Source of the DNA: Escherichia coli
GTDB taxonomy: Bacteria > Pseudomonadota > Gammaproteobacteria > Enterobacterales > Enterobacteriaceae
Direction: 5' to 3' (one strand)
NCBI RefSeq assembly: GCF_024700885.2
Contig: NZ_CP117014.1
Length of the DNA: 64,000 nucleotides
Shown: positions 8,866-17,114 of the stretch, one piece after another
Numbering within the stretch: the first letter of the stretch is position 1
Layout: each line of letters starts with the position of its first letter
Notes under the pieces: model-generated
Databases searched by the model: none
The model's input: the letters and a program-made list of their open reading frames with translations, nothing else
Told to the model about the DNA's origin: nothing
Program-made: the position numbers and the translations under genes

Positions 8866-10386
8866 ATGACCACTATTACCAAAGAACGTATTGAATTGTT
8901 CATTAAAAATCCGCTTGAAAACGGGCTTACCCGTGGTGAACAAATGGAACTGGCACGGATTGCGCTGGCATCGCTGGAAGCAGATCCAGTTAAACGAGTT
9001 AACTCAGATCAGATGCGCCGAGTCTGCTTAGAAGCTAATCGCCATTTAGATAAATATGACGCGATGGCGAAAGAGGTAAATAAGTTGCTTGGACGCATCG
9101 CCCCGCCAGCGCCGGTAGTGCCGGAAGAAGCAACTCCGGAAAACGTAGAAATGCTCTCTGGCTATGTTTCCACGTACAAATTAACCGATAGCGAGCGCGA
9201 TATTGCTGCCGAAATATGGAACGCCTGCCGCACCGCCATGCTTCAGTCCGGAAACTTTCGGGAAAGCAAGAATTCGTCAACCAATAATTTTCGGGAAATC
9301 GCGGAAACGTCAACCAACTATCCGGTAATTCCTAGTGAGGTGTTGTCAGCAATCCTGAAGTTTGCCAGAGTTCGTGCCGATTTCGATGATTTTGACGGTG
9401 ACAGGCGAGGTATCGGTGATTGTCTGGATGAGGCCGAGCAAGAGCTTATCGTTACCATTAACAAATATGCCAGTCAGTTGGCAGCAGAACCGATAGCGAC
9501 TAATGACGTTCGAGAGCAAACAGCCGTTCCGCCAATACAGGCTGATGTCGCGCAAGCAATTGAAAATCTCAAGCAGAAGTTAGTGGAATGCAATCGCTAT
9601 AACTACTGCGCAGATGCAGTTAAAGGCGTAGAGGATGCCAGCCGCGTCTTGGCACTCCAAAATCAAAATATGTCAGCACCGGTAACGCCGGAGGCCATTG
9701 AAAACGCAATTGAATATATCCGCAGTATCGCTTTTCACATCGATGAAGACGATTACCACGGCAAGCATATTGCGTATTTCATGCGACAAGCATTGGCCTG
9801 GCTGGAAGGGCATTCATGCAGCGACGACAGGCTGGGTAAGGCCGACAATCAACCCGCATCTGGTAACCAGTCTGCCGAATCCAATCGCGGTAATGAGTGG
9901 ACCGGCAATCCTGATATTGATAACGCCATCATCATGCTCGACCGCATAGATACGGCGGAAAGTTGCGATGATGACCGTATTGAGGCCGTTAAGGCTGTGT
10001 TGCGTAGACTGGCAGGCAACTATCCGGATATTCCGGATAGTTCGGTGCCAGCGCCAGGAAAGGGCGTCACCGGTGAACGTATCCGCATTAAGCCGCATGT
10101 TTATCGCGAACTGGTTAACCGTCTCCACGATACAGCGATCAAGTGTGCTGGCACCCAGCAATTACGAGAAAGAATTAGCCGTGTTTTGGGCGACGTTATT
10201 ACACCAGATCATCATAAACAAGCCGAGAAAAGTGGCCTGGAAAGGTGTCGCCTTGAGGCGGCATTAAACATTAAGCCGGGGCATACGCTTGGCATTATTG
10301 ATGCACTATTGGTTCATAAGATGGCCAGGGCTTTATTGCCGCTGGTGGCTGAAAAGCATGAGGTGGACCATGCCAACGAAAGCTGA
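8866..10386 (+). CDS. multi-module hypothetical protein
   Basis: 506 aa; N-terminus paralogous to 8180; C-terminal PHVYRELVNRLHD..GTQQLRERI module paralogous to the tail of the DUF4406 protein. Confidence 0.5.
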   Translation: MTTITKERIELFIKNPLENGLTRGEQMELARIALASLEADPVKRVNSDQMRRVCLEANRHLDKYDAMAKEVNKLLGRIAPPAPVVPEEATPENVEMLSGYVSTYKLTDSERDIAAEIWNACRTAMLQSGNFRESKNSSTNNFREIAETSTNYPVIPSEVLSAILKFARVRADFDDFDGDRRGIGDCLDEAEQELIVTINKYASQLAAEPIATNDVREQTAVPPIQADVAQAIENLKQKLVECNRYNYCADAVKGVEDASRVLALQNQNMSAPVTPEAIENAIEYIRSIAFHIDEDDYHGKHIAYFMRQALAWLEGHSCSDDRLGKADNQPASGNQSAESNRGNEWTGNPDIDNAIIMLDRIDTAESCDDDRIEAVKAVLRRLAGNYPDIPDSSVPAPGKGVTGERIRIKPHVYRELVNRLHDTAIKCAGTQQLRERISRVLGDVITPDHHKQAEKSGLERCRLEAALNIKPGHTLGIIDALLVHKMARALLPLVAEKHEVDHANES

Positions 10387-10654
10387 ATTACAGGTGCGCG
10401 TAGATGAGCTTGAAAAAGAGAACGCGAGCCTCAAAAAAATGCTGTCGCGGGCGGAAAGGGAATTATCAGGCAAATTATTGCCAGAAGAACTGCCACCAGC
10501 AGATATACCTGATCGAGTGTCCTGGTGGATGAAGTATTTCCGTGCACCGTGGGAGGCGTTTTGGTGCTACGACCATCGCAGATGGTGTGATGAGCTTGAT
10601 AGCAGTTTCCCCTATTTTGCAGAAGGGAACTCTTGCCCTGAATGTAGGCGTTAA
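10370..10654 (+). CDS. coiled-coil/CxxC small protein (paralog A)
   Basis: Start at ATG after GAGGTGG; ends W..ELD.SFPYFAEGNSCPECRR. Confidence 0.45.
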   Translation: MPTKAELQVRVDELEKENASLKKMLSRAERELSGKLLPEELPPADIPDRVSWWMKYFRAPWEAFWCYDHRRWCDELDSSFPYFAEGNSCPECRR

Positions 10655-10959
10655 TGATGACCGGCGAGCTTTATTTTAAAATGGCACGGGAGCGGCGTGT
10701 GCATCTGGATCGGATATTTCATCTCCAGAAGAGAGTAGAAGAACTGGAACGTCGTCTGAACTGTTATCCTGTTGATATGGTGTCTGCAATACCGCCGATT
10801 CCAATAGAAATGCAGATCCGCCTATGGATGGAAGAATATGGAATGCCGTGGGAGATATTTTTCTGCTTCGACCATAAACAGTGGGTAGATGAGCTGGATA
10901 ATAGTTTCCCATATTTCACAGAGAACACATGCCCAGTATGCAGGAAGAACGGAATATGA
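10654..10959 (+). CDS. coiled-coil/CxxC small protein (paralog B)
   Basis: 101 aa; ends WVDELDNSFPYFTENTCPVCRKNG; paralog of the preceding gene. Confidence 0.45.
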   Translation: MMTGELYFKMARERRVHLDRIFHLQKRVEELERRLNCYPVDMVSAIPPIPIEMQIRLWMEEYGMPWEIFFCFDHKQWVDELDNSFPYFTENTCPVCRKNGI

Positions 10960-11480
10960 CAAAATTTGGAAAGCTGGAAGCTCATTTGCTAACTCGCAAC
11001 TACCGCCATGATATACACCCATATAGACAGTGGATCGATGAAAGCGAAGGAGTAGTTACATTCCCTCTCTACAGGTTTGATGGGATGTTGGCTGGGTATC
11101 AGACATATAGACCAGGTGCACCTAAGCAGCATAGCAATCCGAAGATGGCCCGGTATTTCACGCGATCACACGGCAGACAGTTACTTTGGGGAACCTATCT
11201 TCCTTTAAAAGATGGCCCAATATGGATAACTGAGTCTATTTTTAAGAGCGCAGCTGTACACAACGCGGGCGGCAATTCGTGGGCGCTGTTAGGTTCAACT
11301 TTCTCCGCAGGATTACGCCGTCAACTTGCGATGCTGCCGTATGACTTTCGCGTAATAGGTGACAATGATGCGGCTGGTGAATCACTTGTGAAGTCTTTCG
11401 GAAAAGGTTTTGTGGCCCCGGATCTTGACGAGCTACAACCACATGAAGTGTCTCATTTGATTTTTAGCCATAGCCAATAA
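10956..11480 (+). CDS. small Toprim-domain protein
   Basis: ATGA overlap start; WITESIFKS (Toprim Glu) and VIGDNDAAGE (DxD) motifs. Confidence 0.5.
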   Translation: MTKFGKLEAHLLTRNYRHDIHPYRQWIDESEGVVTFPLYRFDGMLAGYQTYRPGAPKQHSNPKMARYFTRSHGRQLLWGTYLPLKDGPIWITESIFKSAAVHNAGGNSWALLGSTFSAGLRRQLAMLPYDFRVIGDNDAAGESLVKSFGKGFVAPDLDELQPHEVSHLIFSHSQ

Positions 11481-11688
11481 GCATCTCTCCCCTTTGAGGT
11501 CACAATTAGTGGCCTTAAACAATGTGTTTTCTACCTCGATTTAGCCTTTATTATCGTTTTGCATTTCTCTAATCCGGGCAACGAGGTTACGCTGATTCGT
11601 TGGTGATGAATAGTAGCAAAGCGCACAAAATCATCTGCGGTGGTTGATGTACGTAACGCGTTTGCACCAAATGTGTCTCTTTAATGTA

Positions 11689-11708
11689 TACTGTATAAAT
11701 GAACAGTA
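11689..11708. promoter_or_regulatory. LexA (SOS) box
   Basis: TACTGTATAAATGAACAGTA fits CTG-N10-CAG; 20 bp upstream of humD. Confidence 0.75.
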
Positions 11709-11727
11709 TTATTGAGGTGAAAACGCT

Positions 11728-12117
11728 ATGGGCTTCCCTTCTCCTGCGGCGGACTATGTTGAAAGCCGAATTTCTCTTGATCAGCAACTAATCAGGCATC
11801 CATCAGCGACATACTTCATGCGGGCGGCAGACAGCCATCACCGTGAGGGAATATTGCAGGGTGCTTTGCTGGTGGTTGATTCTTCGCTTACTCCAGTTGA
11901 TGGTTCGCTGCTTGTGTGCGCTATGGAGGGAGAATATCGCGTAAAAAGATACCGGAAGTATCCGCGCCAGCACCTGGAGGATTTAAGCACCGGGAAGAAA
12001 GAGGCGTTACCAGTAGATGACGATGGTTACACGGGTAGTAATGCTGTTTTTGGTGTGATCACCCACATTATCAATGACGCCAGGGGCGGTGAATTTGATG
12101 ATAGTCCTGCTATATGA
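11728..12117 (+). CDS. humD: UmuD'-like protein HumD
   Basis: 129 aa; begins GFPSPAADY like processed UmuD'; LVVDSS..P..G.L....EGEY.VKR core; same position before phd as in P1. Confidence 0.8.
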   Translation: MGFPSPAADYVESRISLDQQLIRHPSATYFMRAADSHHREGILQGALLVVDSSLTPVDGSLLVCAMEGEYRVKRYRKYPRQHLEDLSTGKKEALPVDDDGYTGSNAVFGVITHIINDARGGEFDDSPAI

Positions 12118-12251
12118 TTTGTTTTCAGAGAAACCATAGAGAGGCATGACTGGATCTATATCGCCCTGGCCATTTAAATGATTCCTCCCATTAGACGCGG
12201 TTACTCACTTGAAGATAAGATGAGGTTATAATTCTCTTTTTAGGTACGCGA

Positions 12252-12674
12252 ATGAGTTCGTCTGCTTTTGTCACTGTTGTCACTGGAGTAAGCGTTTTTG
12301 TCCTAGGTCGACTCATCATCAAGGGGGTTGAGTCTTACATTTCATTCAAGGAACAGTTGGGGGAAATATCGCATCTGTTATTGTCTAACCAAGCAAAGCT
12401 ATCGAATCCCCGCTCTGACTTAAAACAAGAAATCATCCATGATTTGAAAGATGCGGCAGCACAGTTACGGGTGAAGTACGAACTATTACCTTTCTATATC
12501 AAAATGTTACACATCGGTTTTCGCCTTGTTCCATCAGAAACTGAAATTCGTAAAGCGGCGCAAGAATTGAATCTGATAGCCTCGATACATGATGGTAAAA
12601 CCGGAGAGCTGCCATATGAGCACATAGCCAAGATTGGATTACTGCTCAGAATTCCAACCACTTATTCTGCTTAA
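12252..12674 (+). CDS. orphan AT-rich gene, N-terminal TM protein
   Basis: 140 aa; hydrophobic N-terminus SSAFVTVVTGVSVFVLGRLII; visibly AT-richer than its flanks; sits between humD and phd. Confidence 0.45.
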   Translation: MSSSAFVTVVTGVSVFVLGRLIIKGVESYISFKEQLGEISHLLLSNQAKLSNPRSDLKQEIIHDLKDAAAQLRVKYELLPFYIKMLHIGFRLVPSETEIRKAAQELNLIASIHDGKTGELPYEHIAKIGLLLRIPTTYSA

Positions 12675-12782
12675 TCCCAGCAATTGCAAGACTGCATCTC
12701 GAGGATTTAAGGCACCAAGAAGTGGTATTCAGCATCATTAAAACCTATAATTGCGTACACATAACGAGCACACGAGGTGTTT

Positions 12783-13004
12783 ATGCAATCCATTAACTTC
12801 CGTACCGCGCGCGGCAACCTTTCTGAAGTGCTCAACAATGTTGAAGCCGGGGAAGAGGTTGAAATCACCCGCAGAGGCCGTGAGCCAGCAGTAATTGTCA
12901 GCAAGGCTACTTTTGAAGCCTACAAAAAAGCGGCGCTGGATGCCGAATTTGCATCCCTGTTTGACACCCTGGACTCCACCAACAAGGAACTGGTTAACCG
13001 ATAA
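12783..13004 (+). CDS. phd: Phd antitoxin
   Basis: [49 protein letters not shown]... matches P1 Phd (73 aa) as I remember it; start trimmed from ORF 12777. Confidence 0.95.
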
Positions 13005-13384
13005 TGAGGCATATATCACCGGAAGAACTTATTGCGCTTCATGATGCGAATATAAGCCGCTACGGCGGCCTGCCGGGAATGTCAGATCCGGGTAGGGCAG
13101 AGGCCATTATCGGGAGAGTTCAGGCCAGAGTTGCCTACGAAGAGATCACCGACCTTTTCGAAGTCTCCGCCACCTACCTGGTGGCTACGGCGAGAGGGCA
13201 TATATTCAATGATGCCAATAAGCGTACCGCGCTAAACAGTGCGCTGCTATTTCTACGCCGTAACGGTATACAGGTATATGATGATCCCGTGCTGGTGGAG
13301 CTTGCAGTGGGGGCTGCAACTGGTGAAATCCCCGTATCTTCAGTAGCGAAAAAACTACGTGAACTATATGGTTCCAATATTTGA
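13004..13384 (+). CDS. doc: Doc toxin (Fic-fold kinase)
   Basis: 126 aa; [11 protein letters not shown] Fic-like motif; ATGA-coupled to phd as in P1. Confidence 0.95.
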
Positions 13385-13386
13385 AA

Positions 13387-13414
13387 AGAAGCCCGCTCAA
13401 CCAGGCGGGCTTCT
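13387..13414. terminator. bidirectional stem-loop terminator
   Basis: AGAAGCCCGC-tcaaccag-GCGGGCTTCT between convergent doc and the 364-aa gene. Confidence 0.6.
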
Positions 13415-13419
13415 TACTA

Positions 13420-14514
13420 TCACTCAATGATTTTTTCTGCTGTCAGCCAGCTAATTTCTTGCCTGTCTTTCGGCGGTTTTAGCATGTGGGCGTATTCAGC
13501 GACATTCTCCCACGGAATTGTTTTTGCCCACTCAACGATAGCATTGTGATCTGCAGTGAAGAGTGGAATGGTGTGCGATTTCAACCATTCTAATGTCGTG
13601 ACGCCATGTTTTTTGGCGTGGTGCTGCGCATGATGCCGGGCTATCACTCGTAATGGTATTGTCCATTCACTACCATCAGGCATCGAAAAGCGCATTGTCT
13701 TCGGCATATCTGATTCAAGAACAGCCTCCCTAATACCAGGGAACTCACCAAGAATCATACGACGATAGTCATCACTATTTCGCCCGCCATACCTTTCGGC
13801 AAAATGATCAAGATATTCTTGGGTAATAAATGGTGAATCCTCCGCACTCAGCTTAATGGCTTTATATACACCACTCGGATTATCTTCAGCTAAAGCACGT
13901 CCATGATGTGAATCATAAAAAAAGCCTATTTCCTCTGGTGACGGAATTGAAGTGAGCAATATGCGTGAATCACCACTAGTCATGCTTGCCCACACAATGC
14001 TGTATGCCCGATCGCTGATATGTGCGGAATCCACAATAATGAATAAAAGATGGTCGGCGTAGTGACCTGCAATGCTATCTTCATAGTTAAGGCGGAAGTT
14101 ACAAAAGCACATTCCCCAAAATTCATTGAACATCAGACCGCTATCACCGACCTTAAAATACTCAATGATAAAAGGTTGTTTTTTCAGCAATGCCTCCCAA
14201 CATTGCCACACATATGCAACAATTCCTCTTTTGCAAACATTTGATTTTGGATAAACAATTACTGTCCGGGAATCAGGATACATAATCGTATAAAGGGTAC
14301 TAATAACAGCAAGCACTTGCGGTCGTCCGATCCCATACGGAGTGGTGACAGTAGCTTTTGCATTATTGGGCTGTATAGCTTCAACAATTTGTTGTTGCTG
14401 GTGGCTTAAATCAATATCAAACAATTCTTTTGCTGCCAGTACCCAATTGTCTTTATATTTCTCCACCAGCGACAGCCAGCGCGGATCTTTATAAATATTG
14501 CTCTTAGTCGCCAT
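13420..14514 (-). CDS. PacB-like terminase ATPase-domain paralog with degenerate Walker motifs
   Basis: Start set to MATKSNIYKDPRW (overlaps the upstream stop: ATGGCGACTAA). Aligns by eye to PacB residues ~10-265 (DPRW, SHQQQQI, YFYDSHH, SPF.T, YGGR). Walker A GHGTGKS becomes PYGIGRP and Walker B LDEAS becomes VDSAH. The C-terminal ~100 aa is unrelated to the PacB nuclease half. Confidence 0.6.
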   Translation of the reverse strand: MATKSNIYKDPRWLSLVEKYKDNWVLAAKELFDIDLSHQQQQIVEAIQPNNAKATVTTPYGIGRPQVLAVISTLYTIMYPDSRTVIVYPKSNVCKRGIVAYVWQCWEALLKKQPFIIEYFKVGDSGLMFNEFWGMCFCNFRLNYEDSIAGHYADHLLFIIVDSAHISDRAYSIVWASMTSGDSRILLTSIPSPEEIGFFYDSHHGRALAEDNPSGVYKAIKLSAEDSPFITQEYLDHFAERYGGRNSDDYRRMILGEFPGIREAVLESDMPKTMRFSMPDGSEWTIPLRVIARHHAQHHAKKHGVTTLEWLKSHTIPLFTADHNAIVEWAKTIPWENVAEYAHMLKPPKDRQEISWLTAEKIIE

Positions 14515-15271
14515 CTGCCACTTCCTTAACTTCTTCTTTGGCCTGTTCTGCAATCGCCGCACGGCATTTCGCCCTGGCTGTAGCGATTGCTTCAGCTCGC
14601 ACATCGTCTGGAATCGTTGACGTGATATACATATCCAGTTCTTCGGCACGGAATACTGTTTGGTCCAGATATTCGCGTAGCATCCAGGTAAATTCGAAAT
14701 CACACGCGATAATCTCTGCGCTACCTTCTGCACCATTTGGGAAATGAATAAATGCCTGTTTAGCCAAACCGATAACACGACATGCGGTTGCCAAAACAGC
14801 GACAACTAGGTTTACATTTTCACACGCTACGGGCTGGTTAACGCCGGAGATTACTCCATTTAACTGTCGGTTATATGGAAGGTAGTTTGAGATGCGTTCT
14901 ACGCGCCATGTGCCAGTCAGGCTGCCATTTTTAAATATAATTGGTGTAACGGATAGCCCAAGCTCGCGTATAAGTCGTTGCGCTATAGCAGGATCATTAA
15001 ACAGGTCTAATGCTACACATTCGAAAGACTGCGCAAGGGCAAACAGTTCTTCCAGAGAGTAGTCTTTGCCCCTGGCGGTGATGTAACGACGAACGCCGCT
15101 GTCTGCATCACTCCATATAGCTACGCCATGCTCTTCATTCAGCTCTTCATTAAAGCCGAGATACGTCATGATAGTGCGTTCAATCGTGTCAAACGGCAGT
15201 GACATGTCGGCGTTAACAGCCACCAGCAGGCCATTACGCAAGCGGTATTGAATTGTTTTAGTGCTTTCCAT
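14504..15271 (-). CDS. hypothetical protein coupled to the PacB paralog
   Basis: 255-aa ORF; no motif recognised; its stop overlaps the start of the downstream gene. Confidence 0.5.
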   Translation of the reverse strand: MESTKTIQYRLRNGLLVAVNADMSLPFDTIERTIMTYLGFNEELNEEHGVAIWSDADSGVRRYITARGKDYSLEELFALAQSFECVALDLFNDPAIAQRLIRELGLSVTPIIFKNGSLTGTWRVERISNYLPYNRQLNGVISGVNQPVACENVNLVVAVLATACRVIGLAKQAFIHFPNGAEGSAEIIACDFEFTWMLREYLDQTVFRAEELDMYITSTIPDDVRAEAIATARAKCRAAIAEQAKEEVKEVADGD

Positions 15272-15277
15272 GTCAAA

Positions 15278-15718
15278 TCACTCCACAACAAACCAGTCAC
15301 AGGCCAGCAGGTCGCCAACTGAAGGCACCCACGGAACAACTACACCTTGTGCATTTTTTAAGGCGAAATAAGCACCATACGGAACGAGGTCGCCGGGGAA
15401 ATATCCCTTAATGGCTTCCATTCGTGCCGGGTACTGTCCTTCAGGAACCAGCCAGCAGAATTGGTTTTCGCCGTTCCACCCGCGTCGAGCAACTTTCTTG
15501 CCTTCCTTCAGCCACATCAGCGCGTCTGAAAAGTCGGCTGCTTCAAGGTCGATTTCTTCTTGCTGGGTGGTGATGCCACCAGCAGAAATAGTTACGCTCC
15601 CGGTAAGATTAATCATCACGCCGTTGTCATCCGTAATGATGACCGTGGTTCCATTTTTTTTGTGAGCTTTGTATTTGGGACGGAACTTAAAAAGCTCTTT
15701 CGTTGCCATGTTATTCAT
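15278..15718 (-). CDS. DUF2829 (Tad2-like) domain protein
   Basis: C-terminal 85 aa FSDALMWLKEGKKVARRGWNG...VPWVPSVGDLLACDWFVVE fits the DUF2829 signature (A..LK.GKKV.R.GW ... D.LA.DW.V) from memory; extra ~60-aa N-terminus. Confidence 0.65.
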   Translation of the reverse strand: MNNMATKELFKFRPKYKAHKKNGTTVIITDDNGVMINLTGSVTISAGGITTQQEEIDLEAADFSDALMWLKEGKKVARRGWNGENQFCWLVPEGQYPARMEAIKGYFPGDLVPYGAYFALKNAQGVVVPWVPSVGDLLACDWFVVE

Positions 15719-15732
15719 AGTCTTTTCTCTGC

Positions 15733-16227
15733 TTATAACTTTTCGTACTGAAGCGGTGAACGCTTAATTTCAAAGTGGCCTTCCGATGTGCTACCAAAGC
15801 CACCAGCACCACGCTCCGTTTCGTTGAGTTCCTCAACCTCGACTAGTGAGACTTGTTCAACACGCTCAAAAATTCCTTGCATGACAGCCATTCCAGGCTT
15901 GAGACAAACGCCTTCCCCGCCGGGATCAGTAATCAGTTTTGCCATGATTTCGCCGCGATAATCGGAGTCGATAATTCCTACGCAGTTAGCCAGGCGAGTA
16001 TGTTTTTTGCAGCCCAATCCTGATCGCGGATAGAGTTTCAGACACCAGCCGGGCGGGATCTCCATAGCCAGTCCGGTATACACCCACCAGCTTGAGGAAA
16101 TTGCACCATTGCTATCGACGCATGGTTTTATTTCAACAGCCTCAAAATCCATCGCCGCCGATCCGGAGGTGGCATAAGCTGGAAGTTTTGCTGCCGGATG
16201 TAGGCGTTTCACTTTTACGTAAATCAT
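15733..16227 (-). CDS. dut: dUTPase
   Basis: 164 aa; GIIDSDYRGEI and RGAGGFGSTS trimeric dUTPase motifs. Confidence 0.8.
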   Translation of the reverse strand: MIYVKVKRLHPAAKLPAYATSGSAAMDFEAVEIKPCVDSNGAISSSWWVYTGLAMEIPPGWCLKLYPRSGLGCKKHTRLANCVGIIDSDYRGEIMAKLITDPGGEGVCLKPGMAVMQGIFERVEQVSLVEVEELNETERGAGGFGSTSEGHFEIKRSPLQYEKL

Positions 16228-16706
16228 TGTTTTTTAGCTCTCTGCGTGAAGGTGTAAACCCGACGTTTGATATGTGGAACGGTAGGAACAGGAAGACAGG
16301 AACTTTCAATAACTCCTTGCTCATCCAGCGATCGCACCGCCCGCAAGAACTGCGACGTGTCGCCGCCAAACTGGCGGGCATAGGTGCTGCCGTTATGAAG
16401 TATTTGAGCTATTACCCGAGTTTTTGTCTGGCTGTCACGATATGCGAATAGCCGCACGGCCTCTTCTGGCGCAATCGCTAACTGATAGCCTTTCCCGGCA
16501 CGGTGTCGAATGAATCCATGCGCCAGTAGGTTTTTGAGTTCGTTACGAGTGCGAACAGATCCGTAACCCAGGAAGTGTGGATTGATAACGACTGGCTTAA
16601 ACCATTCCGTAGGTGCTTTAGCTAATAGAGCTAACAGCTTCCCGGATAATTCTGGATAGGAAGACGGGTAACAATTCAGAGATGGGTAATAAGTTTTCAC
16701 CGACAC
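16224..16706 (-). CDS. hypothetical protein with two winged-helix-like segments
   Basis: 160 aa; NELKNLLAHGFIRHRAGKGYQL and FLRAVRSLDEQGVIES. Confidence 0.45.
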   Translation of the reverse strand: MSVKTYYPSLNCYPSSYPELSGKLLALLAKAPTEWFKPVVINPHFLGYGSVRTRNELKNLLAHGFIRHRAGKGYQLAIAPEEAVRLFAYRDSQTKTRVIAQILHNGSTYARQFGGDTSQFLRAVRSLDEQGVIESSCLPVPTVPHIKRRVYTFTQRAKKQ

Positions 16707-17041
16707 CCCCTTGCAGGATATCGACCGGCATTAGTATCCGGTGCAATAAAGCCGGTAGTGGGGCGAGTGAAAGCGAGATTAATCTTCTCGACCATAGTGC
16801 GATAATTTTCCTGATAGTGGGCCAGGAGTTTTTCGGCGGCAATGATGGTTACTTTCCGGACGTAGCTTTCTGCTTCCTCCAGATTTCGCCAGTTTTTTTC
16901 GAGGGTAAACACAGGGACGGCCTCAAGCCCGGTCATGATGCCGAACACAACGACAGCATGACTGTTCTTAACACCAGCGGCGAAGGTTACGGTGTAACCA
17001 TCCACCTTGAAGCGTCTTGATTCCGTGATTTGACTCTGCAA
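16697..17041 (-). CDS. hypothetical protein, first gene of the operon downstream of dre
   Basis: 114-aa ORF overlapping the next gene by 10 nt; operator copy 4 lies upstream. Confidence 0.4.
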   Translation of the reverse strand: MQSQITESRRFKVDGYTVTFAAGVKNSHAVVVFGIMTGLEAVPVFTLEKNWRNLEEAESYVRKVTIIAAEKLLAHYQENYRTMVEKINLAFTRPTTGFIAPDTNAGRYPARGCR

Positions 17042-17099
17042 AGCACCCTCCTAAATAGGCGAGGGTACTTTACAGCAAAGGCGTTAATCTAAAAAGATG

Positions 17100-17113
17100 T
17101 GTTAGAAATTTAA
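17100..17113 (+). promoter_or_regulatory. operator-like 14-mer, copy 4
   Basis: TGTTAGAAATTTAA between the dre stop (17115) and the 114-aa gene start (17041). Confidence 0.5.
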
Positions 17114-17114
17114 T

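Noticed and set aside
13420-14805. Full 461-aa version of the PacB-paralog ORF
   Set aside because: The first 97 codons overlap the 3' end of the 255-aa gene in another frame and have odd composition. The internal ATG at 14514 gives classic stop-start coupling and aligns with the PacB N-terminus.
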